Shown piece by piece: positions 28,601 through 39,473 of a DNA stretch of 64,000 nucleotides. Source of the DNA: Acutalibacteraceae bacterium (GTDB lineage: Bacteria > Bacteroidota > Bacteroidia > Bacteroidales > Bacteroidaceae). A program made the position numbers and the translations under genes. The notes beneath the pieces are model-generated. The model was not told where the DNA came from. It did no database searches and worked only from the letters and a program-made list of their open reading frames with translations. Each line of letters starts with the position of its first letter. The stretch's first letter is position 1. The DNA lies in contig CAVBXH010000001.1 in NCBI GenBank assembly GCA_963599475.1, forward strand, positions 4,602 to 68,601, written 5' to 3'.

Positions 28601-30496
28601 TTATTCATTGCCGGCGTAGGCAGGATTCTGCCTCAGGGCAGAGTTCTTCATCAACTCCGTGGCAGGAATAGGCATGTCCATCTTCTCGATATTGAAGTCG
28701 AACGAACGCTTCGACCACGGATAGTTGGCAAAGTCCGAACCACCGTCATCCTTCGGATAGTTGTAGTCAATGTGGTCGGCAATATAGCCCGATCGGATCA
28801 TATCCGGGCAGAGACACCACTCCGAGTTGAATTCCTTGCGGCGCTCCTCGTTGACAGCCACCTTCCAGGCTTCCGACGTGTGCTTGTAGCCCTTGCGGTT
28901 GGGCGTGGCCTGCAGTTTCGTGTAGTATTCCTTGGCGGAGGGAACGGTCACCGTAGCCGTGAGGACGCCCACTGGATAAGAGGTCATGGTGACGTTCTGG
29001 CCGTTGAAGGAATAGACGTTGTTGTAGTGGCCGTAGTAGGCACTGTAGTCCTGTCCGACAGTCAGGTTGCCCCAAGCGCGGTTGCGCAGCTTGTCCAGCT
29101 GTGCCCAACCCGTAGCCTCGTCGCCTGTGCGGAAGCAGCACTCGGCATAGTCGAGGAGCACGTTCGCATAGCGCTTGCCGTAGATGATGGTCGGCGCCCA
29201 CATCTGTCCGCCCCAAGAGTTGCCGTCGGCACGGGCCGAACGCCACAGCTTAGTAGTCCAGATGGCTGGTGCAAACTCACCGTTCGTGAAGTGGAAACGG
29301 CGCGTTTTTGTGCCGGCCTCGACCCCTTCGCTGTTGATGGTCAAAGGCACCACATGGCCGTTGGCGTCCTTGCTGCCGAGCGAGTCTTTTAGATAGGGAT
29401 TGTAGCCCCATACGGTGGAGGACTTCTCTATGCCGTATTTGTCCATAAGTTCCTCGGAAACAGCTCCCGTGGCACAAGAGCCGTCGCGGCGCAGGTCGCC
29501 CTTCTCGTAGCAGGCGTACCATTCCCACGAGAGATATTCAGCACCCCAGCCGCCGTTTTCCGGGCAGGCGCAGAACCATTTCAGCATGTTCGGGTTGAAG
29601 GCCGTGATGGTGCGGTCGCTGCCCCAGCTGCTCCACTGGTTACCCTCGTCGGAGCACATGGCCCAGATACACTCCTTGTTCCAGAAGCCTGCGGGATCCC
29701 AGTTGGTGGCAAAGTTCGAGGAGAGCTCATAGGTGTTGCTGTCGATGATTGCCTTCAGCTCCTGCTTGGCCTTGGCGTAGCATTCGGAAGCCTGTTCCGG
29801 GCACCGGAAAGCCTTCCACATATAGGCATCAGCCAGGTAAGCCTTGGCCATGCCCTTGGTGCAGCGTCCGTATTGTCCGTTGTAAGGGGTCCAGTCCAGC
29901 AGTTCAGCGGCTTTGGTGAAGTCCTCGATGATGAAGTCCCACATCTCTTCGTAAGTATCGGCAGCCGCCTTGACGGGCGTGTTGGTGAAGTCCTCGCCCG
30001 TGTTGAGCATGGGCACACGTCCGAACGTCGTGGCCAGCCACGTGTAGAAATATCCGCGGAGTGCCCGTGCCTCGCCTTCACACAGGTTCTTGGCCTCGGT
30101 GGAGACGGCTTCTGCGGTTTCCAGTCCTGCCAGATACAGGTTGGCTCTGGCGATGGCGGCATAGGCGTGCGACCATCCCTCGGCCAGTTCGCCCACATTG
30201 GCGTCCCAGGTCTGGTCCAGGAATTTCACGTCCCATCCCGTGCACTGCGTGTCCATCGTGGGGTGGCTGCCCGTGAAGAGGTTGGGCTTGAAGCCCCAGT
30301 TGTTGGCCTGTGTGCTGCCGTTGTTGTAGGCATAGATGCCGTTGAGGCCGAGTCGTGCGTTGTCGTCACTTTCGAACTGCGCCTCGATGTCCAGGATTTC
30401 GTAGTTTGTCACGTCCAGGAACTTGTTGTTGTCACACGAGGTGCAAGCCAAGCATCCTAATCCTGCCCATACAAAATATTTAATTATATTTTTCAT
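28601..30496 (-). CDS. susD: SusD/RagB family lipoprotein
   Basis: Lipobox CTSC; EARALRGYFYTWL, RYANVLLDYAEC, ERRKEF, QNPAY. Confidence 0.93.
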   Translation of the reverse strand: MKNIIKYFVWAGLGCLACTSCDNNKFLDVTNYEILDIEAQFESDDNARLGLNGIYAYNNGSTQANNWGFKPNLFTGSHPTMDTQCTGWDVKFLDQTWDANVGELAEGWSHAYAAIARANLYLAGLETAEAVSTEAKNLCEGEARALRGYFYTWLATTFGRVPMLNTGEDFTNTPVKAAADTYEEMWDFIIEDFTKAAELLDWTPYNGQYGRCTKGMAKAYLADAYMWKAFRCPEQASECYAKAKQELKAIIDSNTYELSSNFATNWDPAGFWNKECIWAMCSDEGNQWSSWGSDRTITAFNPNMLKWFCACPENGGWGAEYLSWEWYACYEKGDLRRDGSCATGAVSEELMDKYGIEKSSTVWGYNPYLKDSLGSKDANGHVVPLTINSEGVEAGTKTRRFHFTNGEFAPAIWTTKLWRSARADGNSWGGQMWAPTIIYGKRYANVLLDYAECCFRTGDEATGWAQLDKLRNRAWGNLTVGQDYSAYYGHYNNVYSFNGQNVTMTSYPVGVLTATVTVPSAKEYYTKLQATPNRKGYKHTSEAWKVAVNEERRKEFNSEWCLCPDMIRSGYIADHIDYNYPKDDGGSDFANYPWSKRSFDFNIEKMDMPIPATELMKNSALRQNPAYAGNE

Positions 30497-30517
30497 AATG
30501 ATTGCTTTTGATGATGG

Positions 30518-33500
30518 TTAGAAGGTGATGTTAAGACCGAACATATAGGTTCTCGGGGTGGCGTAACGGCCAGAGTCAAGACCCGTGTAGATAACGCTTC
30601 CCTGTCCGATTTCCGGGTCACCGTATTTGTTGTACGGAGAGATGGTGCAGAGGTTTTGCACGGCGAGGTAGGCGCGCAGAGCGGTCAGACCCACGGTGCT
30701 GAGCCACTTCCGGGGCACGTTGTATCCCACCTGGATGTTGCTGATCTTGAGGAAGTCGCCGCTTTCAATCCATGCATCGCTGACGCGGCAGTTCTTGTTG
30801 TTGTCCAGATAGGTCAGGCGCGGCAGGGTTCCGTTGGGGTTGGTCTCTGCGTTGTACAGGTTGTTGTAGCTGTCCTTCAGCAATGCGGGCGTGCAGATGT
30901 CGTCCGACATGATGATGCAGGAGAGACGCATCTTCGAGTAGGACAGGATGTCCATGCCCAGTACGCCGTAGGTGTAGAGGCTGAAGTCCCAATCCTTGTA
31001 CGTGGCACTGAGGTTCAGACCGAAGTTGAACTTGGGCAGTCCATTGCCCAGAATCTGTCGGTCGTTGTCGTCCAGTGTGCCGTTGCCGTCGGTGTCCACG
31101 AAGAGGTAGTCGCCGATCTGTGCGTTCTGTCCCTGACTCTTGGCCTGGGCCAGCTGCTCCTCCGTCTTGATGATGCCGGCCACCTTGTAGCCATAGTACG
31201 ATCCTACAGCTTCGCCTTCGCGGCAGATGGAGTGGTTGTCCCAGTTCAGTCCCGTGCCGCTGATGGCCCCGATGTTCGAGCCGTCGATGTCGTCGGCAGA
31301 GAAGGTGCTGTTGCCACCGCTACAGGTGGCGGTGTAGTCGACCCCCATCTTCTTGATCTTGTTCTTCAGCGTAGATCCGTTGAAGGCTACGTTGATGGCC
31401 CAGTCCTTGTTGAGCTTCTTGTTGTAGTTAACTGAAAACTCAAAACCGGTATTGTCAATCTGTCCGAAGTTGGTGTAGATGGAGGTGTTTCCGGCCGACG
31501 GACGAATCTGACGCTCCAGGAGCAGGTCCTTGGTCTTTCGGGTGAAGAAGTCCAAGGTCACCGTCAGGTCGTTGTTCAGGAATCCGAGGTCAAGACCGAA
31601 GTTGGTTTGTTCGTTGGTTTCCCATTTCAGGTTGGTGTCTACAAGCGGAGCGTAGAAGCCCGTCACGCGCTCGAACGAGCCCGTCGTGCCGCCTCCGGCT
31701 CCTGCCGTGTAGAAGTTGTACTTGGTGTTGGCCGACGACAGCGCGTAGGTGGAGCGTCCGGCAATACCGCCGGCGTTACCCGTCTGTCCCCAACCGATGC
31801 GCACCTTGGCGTTGCTGATGGCGTCGACATTCTTCAGGAAGGACTCTTCCTTGACGCGCCAGGCCAGGGCAGCGGAAGGGAAGGTGCCCCAGCGGTTGCC
31901 CGTCGAGAAGTTGGACGAGCCGTCGCGGCGTACCGTAGCCGTGAGGATGTAGCGGTCGAAGAGGTTGTAAATCATACGGCCATAGTAGGAGATGGTGCGC
32001 ACCTCGGCGTTGAAACCGCCGTTGCCGTTGATGCTTGAGGCATCCGTAGAGAGGGAAATCAGTCGGTTGTTGGCCGAGAGGAAGCTGTTGGCACTGGCGC
32101 TGACCCATGCGCCCTCGTACTTGCTGACGGAGTTACCAGCCATGAGGGTCAGCGTGTTGAAGTCCGTCTTCCAGTTGTAGGTCATGTAGGTTTCGATGCT
32201 CTTGCTCAAGCCCTTGCTCTGTCCGAGTCCGAAGCTGTAGTATTCCTGGTTGCGTCCCTCGTACTTCACCTTCGTCATCGTTCCGCCGATGTTGTTGTAG
32301 CGCTCGTACATTCCAGAGAACTCGTCGTTGTCAGAGTTGGTCTGTGTCCAGGAGGCGATGGAATGCAGGTTGAGTGTGTGCTGCTTGGTCTTGAGCAGGG
32401 TGATGTCGATGTAGGGGTTGATGGAGATGCGCGAGTTGCGGGTGGTGCGTCCGATTTCCATCTGCGAGGCGTAGGGGTTCTGCGCCGTGGACGACATGCC
32501 TTCCCATCCGTTGGGCGTCGGTGCCTTGCCGGAACCGTAGGTGCCGTCGGGGTTGACCACGTTGACCTTGACGTGCTGGCCGGTCACGTCGTCAATATAG
32601 TCGAGTGACGGCGACATCTGTGCGATGTCGCGCTGCGACGACAGGTTGGTGTTGTTGCCGAGTCCGATGTTGTTGCCGAGGACGGTGGAGTACATATAGT
32701 TCATGTCGCCACCGAACTCGATGTAGTCGTTCACCTTCGTCTTGACGCTGGCGCGCGAGGTCAGTCGGTCGTACTTGGTGTTGACGATGATACCTTTGTT
32801 CTGGAGGTAGCCAATGGAGAAGTTGTACTGTGTCTTCTCCGTACCGCCGTTGGCGGAGAGGCCGTACTGCTGGCGGAGGGATGTGCGGTACATCTGATCC
32901 TGCCAGTCAATCAGGTTGCGCTTGCCGTCGTAGGCTTCCGACCAGATCTGGTTCTGGAGGGTTGCTCCCTCGTTGGCCTTCGACTCGCGGATGGAGCGGG
33001 CGTAGTCGTCGCCGGTCAGCGTGTTGATTTTGTAGGGCAAGGTCTGCAGACCGAGGTCGGCGGTAATCTTGATGTTCATCTTGCCCTTCTGGCCGTGCTT
33101 GGTGGTGATCATGATGACACCGTTGGCACCGGCAGAACCGTAGATGGCGGTGGCCGAAGCATCCTTCAGGATTTCGATGCTCTCGATGTCAGCGGGGTTG
33201 ACAAAGTCGGCACTGGTGCCCACCTGTACGCCGTCAACCACATAGAGCGGCTGCGCGTCACCGTTGATGGTGCCGATACCACGGATACGGATGGCCGACT
33301 TGGAGCCGGGAGCACCGTCCTGGTTTGTCACCATAACACCAGCGGCCGCGCCCTGGAGTGCCTGCGCAATGTTCACGGGCACCTTGCGCTCCATCTGTTC
33401 CTTGTTGATGGTGGCCACGGAGCCGGAGATGTCCGACTTCTTCATCGTACCATAGCCGACCACCACGACATCGTCAAGCGTCGTGTTGTCCGCCTTCAGC

Positions 33501-33800
33501 GTGATGGTGATATTGTTTTGCCCCCCGAATGGTAACTTTCTGTGTTACGTATCCGATGTAGGACACAGAGATCTGGGCATTGGGCTGGGCATTAATCTGG
33601 AATTGTCCGTCCAGGTCGGTCACCGTGCCGCTGCTGGTGCCCAGTACGCGCACCGTCGCGCCAATGATGGGTTCGCCACTTTCGTCATTCACTAAACCCT
33701 TTACGATACTCTGCGCCGAGATCCCCAAAGGGAACAAACACAGCAGCACCAGTAAAAACAATGGTTTCTCTGTCTTTTTTAGGTTGGTTAGTTTAAACAT
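30518..33800 (-). pseudogene. susC: SusC TonB-dependent transporter split by a +1 frameshift in a C6/G6 tract (33521-33526)
   Basis: ORF 33474-33800 holds the signal peptide and CarboxypepD-like domain; ORF 30518-33466 holds plug and barrel. Removing one base gives the continuous QKVTIRGQNNITITLKADNTTLDDVVVVGYG. May be a sequencing error. Confidence 0.85.
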
Positions 33801-34006
33801 AAAAATAAATAATTAATTGATAGTTATTGTATTTAGGTATTGATACTAATTGTAGGTCTGTTTAGGTTTTCGTGCGCTGTCACAGCGAACAACTGCGCAA
33901 AAGTAGGTCTTTTTTCTCAAATATCCAAGAAAAAAAGACATTTTTTTGCATTTTCTTCCTTTTTTCCGTAACTTTGTGCAGAGAAACCCCAAAAACCACA
34001 AGAACT

Positions 34007-34768
34007 ATGAAGACCGTATTTATCACCGGCGGGTCCACCGGCATCGGTGCCGCCTCAGTTAAGAAATTCATCCAGCAGGGATGGAACGTAGCGTTCATGG
34101 ACATCAACGAGGAGGCAGCCCGCGAGCGGGTGGAGGAAATCGACCGCCCGGAGCAGTTACTCTTTGTGCCGGGCAACACGCGCTGCCGTGCCGACATCCA
34201 CCATGCCGTTGAGAAGACCGTGGAGCGCTTTGGCCAGCTGGACAGCGTGGTGGCCAATGCCGGCATCCACCGCTGCAACACACTGCTGGACATCACCGAC
34301 GAGGAGCTGGACCTCATGATTCAGACCAACATCTACGGCACGGTGAACACGCTGCGCGAGGCCGTGCCCCACCTCGTCAAGGGTGGTGGCGGAACCGTAG
34401 TCATCAACGCCTCCGACCAGTGGTTCGTCGGCAAGGCACACAGCTTCGGCTACGGACTGACCAAGGGCGCGCTGGGACAAATCACCCGCAGCCTCTCCAT
34501 CGACCTCGGCCCCAAGAACATCCGCGTCAACGCCGTCTGCGCCGGCACCATACACACACCGCTGGTGGACAACCTGTTCGAGAAGTTCGCCAAGGAGAAC
34601 CACTGCACCGTCGACGACTACTGGCGCGAGGAGAATGCCCTGTATGCGCGCGGCACCGTAGGGCGGCCGGAGGAAGTGGCCGAAATGATCTATTTCCTCG
34701 CCTCCGACGCATCGAGCTTCTGTACGGGCGGCCACTATCTGGTGGACGGCGGACTGGTGGCACACTAA
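34007..34768 (+). CDS. Short-chain dehydrogenase/reductase
   Basis: TGGSTGIG, NAG, YGLTK (YxxxK), IRVNAV motifs; TAACTTTG at 33969-33976. Confidence 0.93.
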   Translation: MKTVFITGGSTGIGAASVKKFIQQGWNVAFMDINEEAARERVEEIDRPEQLLFVPGNTRCRADIHHAVEKTVERFGQLDSVVANAGIHRCNTLLDITDEELDLMIQTNIYGTVNTLREAVPHLVKGGGGTVVINASDQWFVGKAHSFGYGLTKGALGQITRSLSIDLGPKNIRVNAVCAGTIHTPLVDNLFEKFAKENHCTVDDYWREENALYARGTVGRPEEVAEMIYFLASDASSFCTGGHYLVDGGLVAH

Positions 34769-34838
34769 GACAGGCGCGCTGCGTAGACGTCTATTATCTT
34801 CAGATTTTCGTTTTTTCGCAATATTTTCTTTAGAATTG

Positions 34839-34869
34839 TTTGGAAATTAAATTTATTTGTTTAACTTTG
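34839..34869 (+). promoter_or_regulatory. trp operon promoter (-33 TTTG, -7 TAACTTTG)
   Basis: TTTG 34839-34842, 19-nt spacer, TAACTTTG 34862-34869. Confidence 0.8.
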
Positions 34870-34901
34870 CAACCGAAATACAACAAAAGTATCTACAAGA
34901 C

Positions 34902-34961
34902 ATGAAGCATTTGGTATCTGTAGCATGGTGGTGGCGCACTCGAGATTTGAAAAAGTCGTGA
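34902..34961 (+). CDS. trpL: trp leader peptide MKHLVSVAWWWRTRDLKKS
   Basis: 19-codon ORF with three tandem TGG codons between the promoter and trpD. Confidence 0.9.
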   Translation: MKHLVSVAWWWRTRDLKKS

Positions 34962-35006
34962 GTCGCTCCTTCGTGTAGATACCCTATATAAAAAAGAAGA
35001 TATACC

Positions 35007-35046
35007 AGAAGGCCTGCCGTAATCACGACAGGCCTTCTTCCTTTTT
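35007..35046 (+). terminator. trp attenuator terminator hairpin
   Basis: AGAAGGCCTG...CAGGCCTTCT stem followed by TCCTTTTT; GTCGTGA (34955-34961) can pair alternatively with TCACGAC (35023-35029). Confidence 0.85.
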
Positions 35047-35077
35047 GTCATACAACAACACATAAAACACTACAGCT

Positions 35078-36082
35078 ATGAAAGAGATTCTTTGCAGTTT
35101 ACTCCATCAGGAGACCCTGGACAGGGAGACCGCACGTCACATCATCGTGGGCATCACGGAAAACCGCTATCCCCCAGAGCAGATAGCAGCACTATTGACG
35201 GCCATACAGATGCGCGGCATCACGGTGGATGAGCTGCTGGGCTTCCGCGACGGAATACTCGAGACGGGAGTGCCGGCACTACTGGACGCGCCCCGCTACA
35301 TCGACATCGTGGGTACTGGCGGCGACGGGAAGAACACATTCAACATCTCCACCTGCGCCTGCTTCGTCGTGGCCGGCGCAGGCTACAAAGTGGCGAAACA
35401 CGGCAACGTGGCAGCCACTTCGGTCAGCGGTGCCAGCAATGTCATGCAACAGCACGGGGTGCGATTCACCAACGACATGGATGTGCTCAATCGTTCCATC
35501 AACGAGGCCGGCATCGTCTATCTACACGCACCACTATTCGCCCGTGCCATGAAATTTGTGGCACCCGTGAGGAAGAGCCTCCCCTTCCCCACCTTGTTCA
35601 ACCTGCTGGGTCCCCTCGTCAATCCCTCGCGCCCCCAGGCACAGCTGCTCGGTGTGGCCAACCTCGACCAGATGCGTCTCTACGGCAGTGTCTTCCAGAA
35701 GATCGCCATCGATTACGGCATCGTGAATGCCATTGACGGATACGACGAGATTTCGCTCACGGGCGATTTCAAGGTGACCACCAACGACTACACCAGGGTG
35801 TTCTCGCCCTCAGACCTCGGTTTGCCTGTGGCCAAACAGGGGGACCTCTGCGGACAACCTGCCTCTACGAAGGAAGATGCCGCCAGAGTCTTTGATGCGG
35901 TGCTCGACAACCAAGCCACCGAGTCGCAGAAAAACGCGGTGCTCGCAAATGCCGCCTTTGCCATCCAGGTGATGGAGTCCGGAAAGAAAAGCATAGAAGA
36001 CTGTCTGGCCGTGGCACGCGAATCGCTGGAGAGCGGCAGGGCTATGGCAACACTGAAGAAATTCATTGAACTGAACCGATGA
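35078..36082 (+). CDS. trpD: Anthranilate phosphoribosyltransferase
   Basis: DIVGTGGDG, NIST, KHGN, LGPLVNP, GYDEI motifs. Confidence 0.97.
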   Translation: MKEILCSLLHQETLDRETARHIIVGITENRYPPEQIAALLTAIQMRGITVDELLGFRDGILETGVPALLDAPRYIDIVGTGGDGKNTFNISTCACFVVAGAGYKVAKHGNVAATSVSGASNVMQQHGVRFTNDMDVLNRSINEAGIVYLHAPLFARAMKFVAPVRKSLPFPTLFNLLGPLVNPSRPQAQLLGVANLDQMRLYGSVFQKIAIDYGIVNAIDGYDEISLTGDFKVTTNDYTRVFSPSDLGLPVAKQGDLCGQPASTKEDAARVFDAVLDNQATESQKNAVLANAAFAIQVMESGKKSIEDCLAVARESLESGRAMATLKKFIELNR

Positions 36083-36870
36083 TGAAAGACGTTCTCGAAG
36101 AAATAGTGGCGTGGAAACGTATAGAGGTGGAGCGGTTCAAGGAACAGGTGGCTCCGCACACGCTGTACCGCGAGGTGGAGCAGATGCTCGACACTGCCGT
36201 GCCCTCCATGAAAGCGGCACTGATGGCATCAGACTGCGGCATCATTGCGGAATTCAAGCGTAAATCGCCGTCCAAAGGATGGATCAACGAGACGGCAAAG
36301 CCCGACCATATGCCGCTGGAATATCAAAAGAACGGGGCGGCAGCCTTGAGTATACTGACGGACGGGAAGTATTTCGGTGGGGCAGACCGTCACATCACGG
36401 CTGCAAGAGACAGCGGGGTAAGGATACCGATGCTCTACAAGAACTTCGTCGTCGACGAATATCAGCTGTTTCAGGCACGCCGTTGCGGTGCGTCGGCCGC
36501 CCTGCTCATCGCTGCAGCCCTGTCCATGCAGGAGTGCCGCGCACTGCTCAGCACGGCGCGGGAGCTGGGATTGGAGGTGCTACTTGAGATGCACGGCGAC
36601 CGTGACCTTGCGTATGCGGAACTCGAACCGGACATGTATGGTGTCAACAACCGCAACCTCGGCACTTTCGTCACCGATGTAGACAACTCCTTCCGTCTGG
36701 CAGGACTGTTGCCGGCAGACGGGTGCAAGGTGAGCGAAAGCGGTATCAGTGCACCAGAAACGGTGAGACGGTTGCGGCAGGCAGGCTTCCGCGGTTTTCT
36801 CATCGGCGAACATTTCATGAAGACTGCATCGCCCGGGGCATCGCTGAAAACATTCATAGAAGCGTTATGA
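36079..36870 (+). CDS. trpC: Indole-3-glycerol phosphate synthase
   Basis: IIAEFKRKSPSKG, SILTD, GVNNRNL, VSESGI motifs. Confidence 0.97.
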   Translation: MMKDVLEEIVAWKRIEVERFKEQVAPHTLYREVEQMLDTAVPSMKAALMASDCGIIAEFKRKSPSKGWINETAKPDHMPLEYQKNGAAALSILTDGKYFGGADRHITAARDSGVRIPMLYKNFVVDEYQLFQARRCGASAALLIAAALSMQECRALLSTARELGLEVLLEMHGDRDLAYAELEPDMYGVNNRNLGTFVTDVDNSFRLAGLLPADGCKVSESGISAPETVRRLRQAGFRGFLIGEHFMKTASPGASLKTFIEAL

Positions 36871-37508
36871 TTATCAAAGTATGTGGTCTGCGCGAGCCCA
36901 ACAACATCCGCGCGGTATCGGCCCTGGACATCAATATGACGGGATTCATCTTCTGGGAGGGCAGCGCACGCAGCGTGAAACACGCGCCACGGACCGGCAG
37001 ACGGATGGGCAGGGTCGGCGTGTTCGTGGACGCGACGCCACAGGCAATCGTGTCCCGTGCCCACAGCGACGCACTCGACTACATCCAGCTGCACGGCAGC
37101 GAGAGTGCGGCGTACATAGAACAGCTCAAGTGTGCACTCGCGTCCGGGGGAGTGCAGGATGTGAAGATGATCAAAGCCCTCAGCATCCGCGAAGCCGACG
37201 ACGTGAAGCGATGGCGTGACTATGAGGGCACGGCCGATATGCTGCTTTTCGACAACAAGTGTACTGCCCGAGGCGGCAGCGGCGAGAAATTCGACTGGGC
37301 TGCGCTGGACAGCTATGACGGCAACATACCGTTTCTGTTGAGCGGAGGCATTGGCCCCGACGATGCCGACAGCGTGCTCACCATCAGGCATCCGCAGTTT
37401 GCCGGAGTGGATCTTAACTCACGTTTCGAGATACGACCGGCGGTCAAAGACACGGAAAAACTAAAATGTTTCATCAACAAAATACGAACTTATGAACAAA
37501 ATCAATGA
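36867..37508 (+). CDS. trpF: Phosphoribosylanthranilate isomerase
   Basis: IKVCGL, VGVFV, QLHGSE, GGSG..FDW, LSGGI, DLNSRFE; ATGA overlap with trpC. Confidence 0.95.
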   Translation: MIIKVCGLREPNNIRAVSALDINMTGFIFWEGSARSVKHAPRTGRRMGRVGVFVDATPQAIVSRAHSDALDYIQLHGSESAAYIEQLKCALASGGVQDVKMIKALSIREADDVKRWRDYEGTADMLLFDNKCTARGGSGEKFDWAALDSYDGNIPFLLSGGIGPDDADSVLTIRHPQFAGVDLNSRFEIRPAVKDTEKLKCFINKIRTYEQNQ

Positions 37509-38271
37509 ACTGTTTCAGTCGGCAAACGGGAAGAAACTGCTCTCGCTGTATTTCTGCGCCGGCCACCCCACCCTCTCCGGCACCGGAGACGTGGTGAAGA
37601 CGCTCCAGCGGCGCGGCATTGACATGATAGAGATTGGCATCCCGTTCTCCGACCCGATGGCCGACGGCCCGGTAGTACAGGACGCAGCCACGAAAGCACT
37701 GCGCAACGGAATGTCCCTACATCTGCTGTTCTCGCAGCTGAAAGCCATCAAGGACGAGATAAGCATACCGCTGGTACTGATGGGCTACCTCAACGTGGTC
37801 ATGCAATACGGGATAGAGCACTTCTGCAAAAGTTGCGTGGAATGTGGCGTGTCGGGGGCTATCATCCCAGATCTTCCCTTCGCAGACTACATGAGAGACG
37901 TGAAGCCCACTGCCGACCGCTATGACATCCGGATCATCATGCTAATCACGCCCGAGACCAGCGAAGCGCGTGTACGTCTCATCGACGAGCATACCGCCGG
38001 CTTCATCTATATGGTTTCCTCTGCGGCGACGACCGGAGCACAAAGCTGTTTCGACGAACGCAAGCAGGAGTATTTCCGCAAGACCAATGCCCTGCAACTG
38101 CACAACCCACGGATGATTGGCTTCGGCATCAGTAACCAACAAACACTGGAATCGGCACTGCAAAACGCCTCGGGAGCCATCATCGGCAGCAAATTCGTGT
38201 CGTCGCTTGACGCCTGTGGCGGAGATGCCGACAAAGCACTCGACGCATTGTTTGACGCACTTAAAAAATAG
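37492..38271 (+). CDS. trpA: Tryptophan synthase alpha chain
   Basis: [38 protein letters not shown] motifs. Confidence 0.97.
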   Translation: MNKINELFQSANGKKLLSLYFCAGHPTLSGTGDVVKTLQRRGIDMIEIGIPFSDPMADGPVVQDAATKALRNGMSLHLLFSQLKAIKDEISIPLVLMGYLNVVMQYGIEHFCKSCVECGVSGAIIPDLPFADYMRDVKPTADRYDIRIIMLITPETSEARVRLIDEHTAGFIYMVSSAATTGAQSCFDERKQEYFRKTNALQLHNPRMIGFGISNQQTLESALQNASGAIIGSKFVSSLDACGGDADKALDALFDALKK

Positions 38272-38276
38272 CGATT

Positions 38277-39464
38277 ATGGAGAAATATACGGTTGACAAC
38301 TACGGGTTCTACGGCAATTACGGCGGTGCCTACGTGCCGGAGATACTCTACAAGACGGTGGAAGACCTGAAGAACGCCTATCTTCCCATCATTGAAAGCG
38401 AAGCGTTCAAGATCGCGTTCCACGCACTACTGAAAGACTATGTGGGCCGTCCCTCACCGCTGTATTTCGCCAAGCGGATGAGTGGGAAATACGGTTGCCG
38501 ACTCTATCTGAAACGCGAAGACCTCAACCACACCGGGGCGCACAAAATCAACAACGCCCTGGGACAGATTCTGCTGGCAAAGCAGATGGGTAAGACGCGC
38601 ATCATCGCCGAGACCGGTGCCGGACAGCATGGCGTGGCTACGGCTACGGTATGCGCCCTGATGGATATGCCCTGTACGGTTTACATGGGGGCGCTTGACG
38701 TGGAGCGGCAGTCGGTGAACGTCGAACGCATGAAGATGCTCGGAGCAACGGTGCACCCCGTAGAAAGCGGCAACAAGACGCTGAAGGACGCTACCAACGA
38801 GGCCATACGCGACTGGTGCTGCCATCCCGCAGACACTTTCTACATCATCGGCTCGACCGTGGGGCCTCATCCGTATCCAGAGTTGGTGGCGAGGTTGCAG
38901 AGTGTCATCTCGGAAGAAATCAAATGGCAACTCCAGGAGAAGACGGGACGCGACTACCCCGACTACCTGGTGGCCTGCGTGGGAGGCGGAAGCAATGCTG
39001 CCGGCACCATATACCACTACCTGGACAACGAGAACGTGAAGATCGTACTCGGCGAGGCGGGCGGAATCGGCATCGACAGCGGCAAGACGGCTGCCTCATT
39101 GGAGGTCGGGACGACGGGTATCCTGCACGGCTCGCGCATCAAACTGATGCAGACGGACGACGGACAGATTGTCGAACCGTACTCCATTTCCGCTGGACTC
39201 GACTATCCGGGTACGGGGCCTTTACACTGTCACCTCTACGAGTCGGGCAGGGCACAGGTATTGGCCGCCACGGACGACGAGGCACTTGCCGCCGCCTTTG
39301 AGCTCACCCGGACAGAGGGCATCATCCCCGCACTGGAAAGTGCGCACGCCCTGGCTCTGCTGCCAAAGATGAAGCCGATGCTCAAGCCCGATGACGTGGT
39401 GGTGCTCACCGTGTCCGGACGCGGCGACAAAGATCTTGACACCTATCTCAAACACAGCATCTAA
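38277..39464 (+). CDS. trpB: Tryptophan synthase beta chain
   Basis: [48 protein letters not shown] motifs. Confidence 0.98.
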   Translation: MEKYTVDNYGFYGNYGGAYVPEILYKTVEDLKNAYLPIIESEAFKIAFHALLKDYVGRPSPLYFAKRMSGKYGCRLYLKREDLNHTGAHKINNALGQILLAKQMGKTRIIAETGAGQHGVATATVCALMDMPCTVYMGALDVERQSVNVERMKMLGATVHPVESGNKTLKDATNEAIRDWCCHPADTFYIIGSTVGPHPYPELVARLQSVISEEIKWQLQEKTGRDYPDYLVACVGGGSNAAGTIYHYLDNENVKIVLGEAGGIGIDSGKTAASLEVGTTGILHGSRIKLMQTDDGQIVEPYSISAGLDYPGTGPLHCHLYESGRAQVLAATDDEALAAAFELTRTEGIIPALESAHALALLPKMKPMLKPDDVVVLTVSGRGDKDLDTYLKHSI

Positions 39465-39473
39465 ACCACCATT

